A stretch of DNA of 63,131 bases, the filler included, from an uncultured Myxococcia bacterium (GTDB taxonomy: Bacteria; CAZTWC01): NCBI GenBank assembly GCA_964617105.1. It is 3 parts of 3 records of this genome, joined end to end, with 100 filler letters (N's around TTAATTAATTAA, not from the genome) between each part and the next. Parts side by side here need not be neighbours in the genome. Positions count along the whole stretch, not along the records: positions 43,531 to 63,131 come from CAZTWC010000037.1; 2 more parts are not named here. One strand, written 5' to 3'. The translations under genes and the position numbers were made by a program. This document shows positions 57,805-63,131 of this stretch, one piece after another (position 1 is the first letter of the stretch; each line of letters starts with the position of its first letter). A model generated the notes under the pieces. The model was given only the letters and a program-made list of their open reading frames with translations, made no database searches and was not told the DNA's origin.

Positions 57805-58623
57805 CTATTCACCTTCGTTTTGGCGATTATAAGACCCCTGCCTGCGCTGATATCCATTGTTTCGTCCGTCACGCCCACGCCCACCGCCATCATATCGGCG
57901 TGACCCACCACGATGGCGTCCATCGGGACGTCCATCATAGCGATGTGGTCCTTGTCCTCTGGAACTACTTACATATTTATGTTTAACCCCAATCTCTACC
58001 GCCCAGATATCTCCCCCTTTAATCTCCCGGATCAGATCTTGCTGGGTTTCCACCGGATTTTTAAAGGTGGTGCCCACCTGGCCAATTTCATCGAAATTGT
58101 TACTGGCATCGCTGCCGCCTACACTAGATACCCGCATATTATAAGCGGCTTCAACCGCCATATCGTTAAACCCCTTCTGACAACGGAAGTTTACCACTTC
58201 GATGGCATCAAAATCGCGCAGACTGAATATTCGATCTCCACAAACAACCTGGTTCCGCTTGTCAAAAGGATGGGATATTATACAGCAGCCCTCCTCTTCA
58301 GTAATGCTATCAATTACCTGCTGGGTATCCAAAGTTTCAGATGTACTGATAGACCATCCATATTTTTCAAAAACATCAAATGGTTTTGGCAAAAAGAATA
58401 CTAATCTGGCAATTTTGGTGGTTATTTCATATCCAAAAAAAGTTTTTACTCCCAATCTTTCCCCTTCCTGACGTATTTTTTCGATATCTTCGGGGTTATA
58501 GGGGTGATTGTTGGTAAAAGCGATTCCATCCAACCCTGCCTCCTGGACGTGTTGAATAATCTGCGTGGCGCTCAAGTGGCAATCGGGATTCATGTCGCTG
58601 TGGATGTGTAGATCGATAATCAA
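57805..58623 (-). CDS. PHP-domain protein with degenerate metal sites and RG/RGG-rich C-terminal tail
   Basis: IDLHIHS, AFTNNH, GYEI, SHPF and GGSDAS motifs; TTG start at 58623 with GAGGA RBS. Confidence 0.75.
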   Translation of the reverse strand: MIIDLHIHSDMNPDCHLSATQIIQHVQEAGLDGIAFTNNHPYNPEDIEKIRQEGERLGVKTFFGYEITTKIARLVFFLPKPFDVFEKYGWSISTSETLDTQQVIDSITEEEGCCIISHPFDKRNQVVCGDRIFSLRDFDAIEVVNFRCQKGFNDMAVEAAYNMRVSSVGGSDASNNFDEIGQVGTTFKNPVETQQDLIREIKGGDIWAVEIGVKHKYVSSSRGQGPHRYDGRPDGRHRGGSRRYDGGGRGRDGRNNGYQRRQGSYNRQNEGE

Positions 58624-58776
58624 TGTTTTGTCCTCTATAAAAATGTAAGGTTTATAGTATAATTCTTTATTAAAACAAAAACCGTAAAAAATGGCAAACA
58701 ATTTTCGACACTCAAACTACAATTCGACATTGCCTGAACACATTTATGTTGACATTGGGTTTCTTATAAAACATAG

Positions 58777-58829
58777 TACCTAAAATCAGCAACTACCTCT
58801 GTCCGCGAGCCAGTTGCTGGTTTTAGGTA
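58777..58829 (+). other. 18-bp inverted repeat (hairpin) just downstream of a TTGACA-N17-CATAGT promoter
   Basis: TACCTAAAATCAGCAACT / AGTTGCTGGTTTTAGGTA with one U-G pair on the plus strand; promoter at 58749-58777. Confidence 0.65.
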
Positions 58830-58880
58830 GTAACTGTTGTTTGTTATCACCCTGTGGTTGCGAGTTATCTATTCAAAATT

Positions 58881-59402
58881 ATGGAAAAATATACCCAGCA
58901 ATATGTAACCGATCTATATAAATTTTTACGCCGGCAAATTATCAGCCGAATTGACAAAAATTCACCCACCCGAAGACTGGTAAAGCAGATTCCCATCAAC
59001 GGATTAGAATTGGCTAAAAACATCCTTGCCGATTTATCCTCTGATTTGAAAAAAAATATTTTACGGAGCATGTGCGCCAAAAATCCAGCCATAGCCATAT
59101 TATTATCGGACGAAAGAATATCGCTTAAAGATATTCGTTACCTGAATAATCAAGATGTCTTTTTCGTGATGCGGGAATTAAAAGACCTGGAGATAATCTA
59201 CCTGCTACGTCATTCAAGCCCACAGTTGGTTAAAAAAATATTATCGGCTTTATCTAGTCAACGCAGCCGGGATCTAAAAAAAGGACTTTTACATTGTCAA
59301 TTTTTGGAGAACGAAGAGGCCATGGAAATAAAAAACCGGATAATCCATGTGCTCAATGATTTATACCGGAATAACAAAATAACCCTGGCTCCCATTAAAT
59401 AG
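58881..59402 (+). CDS. Stand-alone FliG C-terminal-like protein
   Basis: SLKDIRYLNNQDVFFVMREL...QLVKKILSALSSQRSRDL...IIHVLNDL...KI parallels the FliG_C pattern. Confidence 0.55.
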   Translation: MEKYTQQYVTDLYKFLRRQIISRIDKNSPTRRLVKQIPINGLELAKNILADLSSDLKKNILRSMCAKNPAIAILLSDERISLKDIRYLNNQDVFFVMRELKDLEIIYLLRHSSPQLVKKILSALSSQRSRDLKKGLLHCQFLENEEAMEIKNRIIHVLNDLYRNNKITLAPIK

Positions 59403-59456
59403 GCTACAGGTGCCAAAGGCATCAGGGGTTGTGAATATAAAACTTGGAGGTTTGCC

Positions 59457-60512
59457 ATGAAAAGCAAAATAAAAAACCTTGGAATTCTCACCGGCGGTGG
59501 GGACTGTCCCGGACTAAACGCTGCTATTAGAGGGGTTATTCGCAAAGGATACACCAGCGGTCTAAAGGTCTATGGAATTTGTAACGGCTGGGAAGGATTG
59601 ATGCAGGAAAAAATAATGCCTCTCAATATCAACATGATTTCCGGATTGCAGCAGAGAGGTGGTAGTTTACTCGGCACCTCCCGGTTCAATCCTCTGGCAA
59701 CGCCCGATGGACTGAACACTATCATCTCCAACCTGGAAAAACACTCCATTGATGCCTTGATCACCCTGGGTGGTCGCAATACCCTCAAGGTGGCTGAAAA
59801 ATTATCCGATAATGGAGTGAAACTGGTAGGCATACCCAAAACCATAGAAAATGAGATTGTGGGAACCGACATCTCCATCGGTTTTGAAACCGCGGTAAAT
59901 GTTGCTACCCAGACCATAGACCAGATCCATAATACCGCTCGCTCCTCCAATAAAAATTTTATTGTCGAGGTGGTGGGCCGGCAAACCGGGTGGGTTGCAA
60001 CCTTCTCCGGGCTGGCTGGTGGGGCGGATGCCATCCTGATCCCTGAACGTCCCTTTAGTTTCAGTAAACTAAACTCCTTACTGGAGAAACGTTATCGCCG
60101 GGGAAAAAGTTATTCCATTATTGTCATTGCCACGGGCGCAACTATTCGTTCGGATGATACCGATGAAGAGCAGGTCTTTACCTCTTCATCCCGGGTGGAT
60201 CCTTTTGGCAACGTCAGGCTGGGCGGTATTGCGAACTTTTTGGCCAATGAAATAGAAAATAAAACCGGACTAGAAACCAGATCGACCGCCCTGGGTTACA
60301 TCCAGCGCGGCGCTGATCCCATCGCCGCTGACCGCATTATGGCTTCCCGGCTTAGTGTAGCGGCTGTGGAAATGGCTCTGGACGGGTTATTCGGTAAAAT
60401 GGCCTCTATCAATGGTGGCAAAATCGTGGAAGTACCCATAAAAGATCTGGAAAACCAGGTTAAATATGTATCCTCTGAACTGTATTCCACCGCTTCCCTA
60501 TTCTTCGGATAA
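59457..60512 (+). CDS. pfkA: 6-phosphofructokinase family protein with substituted catalytic motifs
   Basis: LTGGGDCPGLNAAIR, GGSLLGTSR, GIPKTI, DPFGNVRLGG and LGYIQRG motifs; GGRNT, TIENE, VVGR and IATG are deviant. Confidence 0.85.
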   Translation: MKSKIKNLGILTGGGDCPGLNAAIRGVIRKGYTSGLKVYGICNGWEGLMQEKIMPLNINMISGLQQRGGSLLGTSRFNPLATPDGLNTIISNLEKHSIDALITLGGRNTLKVAEKLSDNGVKLVGIPKTIENEIVGTDISIGFETAVNVATQTIDQIHNTARSSNKNFIVEVVGRQTGWVATFSGLAGGADAILIPERPFSFSKLNSLLEKRYRRGKSYSIIVIATGATIRSDDTDEEQVFTSSSRVDPFGNVRLGGIANFLANEIENKTGLETRSTALGYIQRGADPIAADRIMASRLSVAAVEMALDGLFGKMASINGGKIVEVPIKDLENQVKYVSSELYSTASLFFG

Positions 60513-60538
60513 TTGAGCAACAGTTAACGGGAAAAATT

Positions 60539-61078
60539 ATGACTGACCAGCAAAATAACGACACGATAATCAAGCGATACAGTAACCGAAAACTATACGA
60601 CACCTCCTCGAGCCGGTATGTCATCCTGGAGGAGATCGCCGACATGATCAGAAATGGTACTGATATAAAGGTAATACACAATAAGACCGGAGAGGATTTG
60701 ACCAAAATCACCCTCACTCAAATTATCCTGGAAGAGGAAAAAAAGAAAGATGTGGTGCCTTTAAAATTGTTGAAAGGGCTCATCAGGCACCCGGGAGATA
60801 CCATATCAGAATTTTTTCAGCAAAAATTATCCGATCCTGTGGGTAATATTATTGGCAATATGCATAAAACGATTGATGACTTATTGGTCAAAGTGGATGA
60901 CCAACTTTTAGCCAAACTGGACGGGAAAATAGAACGGGCCCTGGACAGTGCAAATCCTATCCCCTCCTTGCGGCAGGAGGTATCATTTTTGCGCAAAAAA
61001 ATCGAAATGTTGGAGAATAAATTGCTAAAACTTGCCGACCGGGAGACTGCTCCTGATAACCAGAAGGAGACAGAGTGA
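60539..61078 (+). CDS. PhaR-like polyhydroxyalkanoate synthesis regulator DNA-binding domain protein
   Basis: IIKRYSNRKLYDT..SRYV.L and KTGEDLT..TLTQII motifs. Confidence 0.85.
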   Translation: MTDQQNNDTIIKRYSNRKLYDTSSSRYVILEEIADMIRNGTDIKVIHNKTGEDLTKITLTQIILEEEKKKDVVPLKLLKGLIRHPGDTISEFFQQKLSDPVGNIIGNMHKTIDDLLVKVDDQLLAKLDGKIERALDSANPIPSLRQEVSFLRKKIEMLENKLLKLADRETAPDNQKETE

Positions 61079-61542
61079 ATTGCGATAAAAAAAGGATTGA
61101 TTTGTTTGCCACTGTGGCCAATTTGTTCGCATCCAAAATACTATACCATAAACTTCTGGGACTTGAGGTGATTAAATATGGGCCTGATGAGGTCCTGCTC
61201 GGCTTTGACTGGCGGCCGGAACTAGTCGGCAACCCCGCTCAAAATATCCTTCACGGAGGAGTGACCTCTTCGGTTCTTGATGTGGCTGGTGGATTGAAAG
61301 CCATAGGTGAACGGATCAAACAGATTCAGCCTGCTTCTCTGGAGGAATTACAAAAACAATTAGCCGGTGTGGGCACCATCGACTTACGGGTAGATTACCT
61401 GCGGCCGGGGCGTGGAAAACGCTTCGAAGCCACCGCTAAGATTATCCGGGCCGGCAACAAAATCTGCGTCTGCCGTATGCAGATGAAAAACCAGCAGGGA
61501 TTGGAAATCGCTGTTGGAACCGGCACCTACCTGGTGGGCTAA
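61075..61542 (+). CDS. PaaI/YigI-like acyl-CoA thioesterase
   Basis: LVGNP...LHGGV..SVLD and TIDLRVDYLRPG motifs. Confidence 0.9.
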   Translation: MNCDKKRIDLFATVANLFASKILYHKLLGLEVIKYGPDEVLLGFDWRPELVGNPAQNILHGGVTSSVLDVAGGLKAIGERIKQIQPASLEELQKQLAGVGTIDLRVDYLRPGRGKRFEATAKIIRAGNKICVCRMQMKNQQGLEIAVGTGTYLVG

Positions 61543-61566
61543 ATACACTGAGGAGACCACATACCA

Positions 61567-63131
61567 ATGAAATTGGAAGATATATTAGCGCAGCCTTATA
61601 TCCTGGCTGACGGCGCCATGGGTACCTATTTAATCAGCAAGGGTTACACCTCTGCACAACAATTGGATATGATCAATATTACCCACCCTGAAATAGTAGC
61701 ACAAATACACGGGGAATATATTGATGCTGGGGCGAGTTTAATCGAAACCAATACTTTTTCAGCCAACTGTTTCAAACTGGCCGCCCATGGGCACCAAGAT
61801 CAAGTTTATCTGGTCAACAAGATGGGAGGAATTATCGCCCGCCGGGCAGCAGAAAAAAAAGGCGACAAGGGAAAAGAAATTATGGTGGGAGGCAGCATCG
61901 GTCCTATGGGAAAAATGTTGGCCCCGATTGGAAAAATAACCGAGGAGGAAGCAACAGAATCTTTTAGGCAGCAAGTGCACGGCTTAATTGCTGGAGGCGT
62001 GGATCTGCTGATTATCGAAACTTTTACCGATTTGCAGGAATTGGGCCTGGCGATCAAAGTAGTCAAAGAGATAACCGACTTGCCTATAGCGGCCCACAAA
62101 ACCTTTATCGAAAGCGGTAACAAAATTATCGGCGAGTTACCGGCTCAGGTTGCAAATTTTTTGCGCGAAAAGGGCGCTGATATAATCGGCGCCAACTGCA
62201 CGGTGGGTCCCCAGAGGATGCTGCAAATTATAGGTAGTATTCGACAGGCGGTTGGAGAAATGCCCCTCTCGGCTTTTCCCAATGCCGGCTTGCCGCGCCG
62301 CACCAGAGAGATGATAACCTATACCACCACCCCTGAATATATGGCTGAATATGCCATAAAACTGGTGCAAGCCGGGGTGAAGATTATCGGTGGATGCTGC
62401 GGCACCACTCCAAAGCATATTTATGCCATTAAACAGGCTTTAGCCAGCCTGGCAGAGATCCGGGTGATCTCTCCGGAAAAAATCAAAGCGGAGATTAAGG
62501 AGCAGGAGGCTCTGGGGGATGAAAGACAGAAAGTGGACTCCCAACTGAGCCAAACGATTAAAAAACAAAAAGTAATTACGGTAGAATTGGATCTGCCCCA
62601 GGGGATCGATATCTCCTCTTGCCTGGAGGGAGCCAGTTATTTAAAAGCCCACGGTTTTCACGGAGTAAATATCCCCGACGGGGCCAGAGCGCGCCTTAGA
62701 ATGAGCCCTATTGTCACCGCCCATCTGGTCAATAAAAACGTAGGCATCGAACCTATTTTACATTTTACCTGCCGAGATCGGAATTTGCTGGGACTGCAGT
62801 CAGAACTGATGGGAGCCTGCGCTCTGGGAATCATGAATATTTTAGCCATCAGTGGTGACCCGGCTAATATTGGCGACTATCCTGATGCCACCAGTGTCTT
62901 TGATGTGGACTCTCTGGGGCTGGTAAAAATATTAAGTAAAATGAACGAAGGATACGATTTGGCGGATAATCCCATCGGTAAAAATATTAACTTTTTTATT
63001 GGTGTAGCAGTCAATTTAACCGCCAACGATTTTGAGTTTGAACTGGACCGCTTTTTTCAAAAAGTTGAATTGGGTGCCCAGTTCGCTATCAGTCAGCCGG
63101 TATATGAGCCGGAGATTTTGGAGCGGTTTCT
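61567..63131 (+). CDS. yitJ: Bifunctional homocysteine S-methyltransferase / methylenetetrahydrofolate reductase, runs off window (absent from the ORF track)
   Basis: MKLEDILAQPYILADGAMGT, ETNTF, GANC, PNAG, IGGCCGTTPKHI, HFTCRDRNLLGLQ and SGDP motifs; GAGGAG RBS. Confidence 0.9.
   Translation, partial: MKLEDILAQPYILADGAMGTYLISKGYTSAQQLDMINITHPEIVAQIHGEYIDAGASLIETNTFSANCFKLAAHGHQDQVYLVNKMGGIIARRAAEKKGDKGKEIMVGGSIGPMGKMLAPIGKITEEEATESFRQQVHGLIAGGVDLLIIETFTDLQELGLAIKVVKEITDLPIAAHKTFIESGNKIIGELPAQVANFLREKGADIIGANCTVGPQRMLQIIGSIRQAVGEMPLSAFPNAGLPRRTREMITYTTTPEYMAEYAIKLVQAGVKIIGGCCGTTPKHIYAIKQALASLAEIRVISPEKIKAEIKEQEALGDERQKVDSQLSQTIKKQKVITVELDLPQGIDISSCLEGASYLKAHGFHGVNIPDGARARLRMSPIVTAHLVNKNVGIEPILHFTCRDRNLLGLQSELMGACALGIMNILAISGDPANIGDYPDATSVFDVDSLGLVKILSKMNEGYDLADNPIGKNINFFIGVAVNLTANDFEFELDRFFQKVELGAQFAISQPVYEPEILERF

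Noticed and set aside
58777-58829. SRP or 6S RNA, or an intrinsic terminator
   Set aside because: Lacks the SRP loop motif, is too short for 6S, and has no U-tract after the stem.
61759-62849. Four short minus-strand ORFs
   Set aside because: Antisense shadows of yitJ, which the ORF track missed because it has no stop codon within the window.

Overview
Low-GC (roughly 40-45% by eye) bacterial draft-genome sequence with a deltaproteobacterial-type gene complement (HDOD, PEGA, ASH/Ig, TPR and HEAT proteins, an SfrA/NuoG-like protein, an MXAN_5808-like S41 protease). It consists of three contigs joined by artificial 100-nt spacers (N44-TTAATTAATTAA-N44 at 21670-21769 and 43431-43530), so adjacency across the spacers is not biological. 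Contig 1 carries the rpmE start, rho (frameshifted in an A-run), a stand-alone murG(+helical domain)-mraY pair, a ~1.1 kb non-coding interval, an SDR-MFS-TPR/barrel operon, a flippase-like gene, fadN-fadA with a FadR(YsiA)-type operator, pta, mrp/apbC, ihfA, a HEAT protein and an aminotransferase. Contig 2 carries a recD fragment, an orphan NuoG/SfrA-like gene, HDOD/CheY/kinase/HD-GYP signalling genes, cca, radC, an Ig-repeat lipoprotein, an S41 protease and TPR genes. Contig 3 carries a degenerate Mrr-like gene, lipB, usp, dctP, mscS, a poly-HAMP hybrid kinase, thioesterases, an MBL hydrolase, a PEGA protein, degenerate PHP, FliG-C-like and PFK proteins, a PhaR-like gene and yitJ. The stand-out observation is 5094-6218 on the minus strand: a candidate giant (~1.1 kb) highly structured non-coding RNA. 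It has its own sigma70-type promoter and intrinsic terminator, many GNRA/GNRAA-capped hairpins, G-U pairs that mostly favour the minus strand, a possible pseudoknot and a repeated AAGGU motif. It matches no RNA family I can recognise by eye. No CRISPR array, tRNA, rRNA or transposase was seen.
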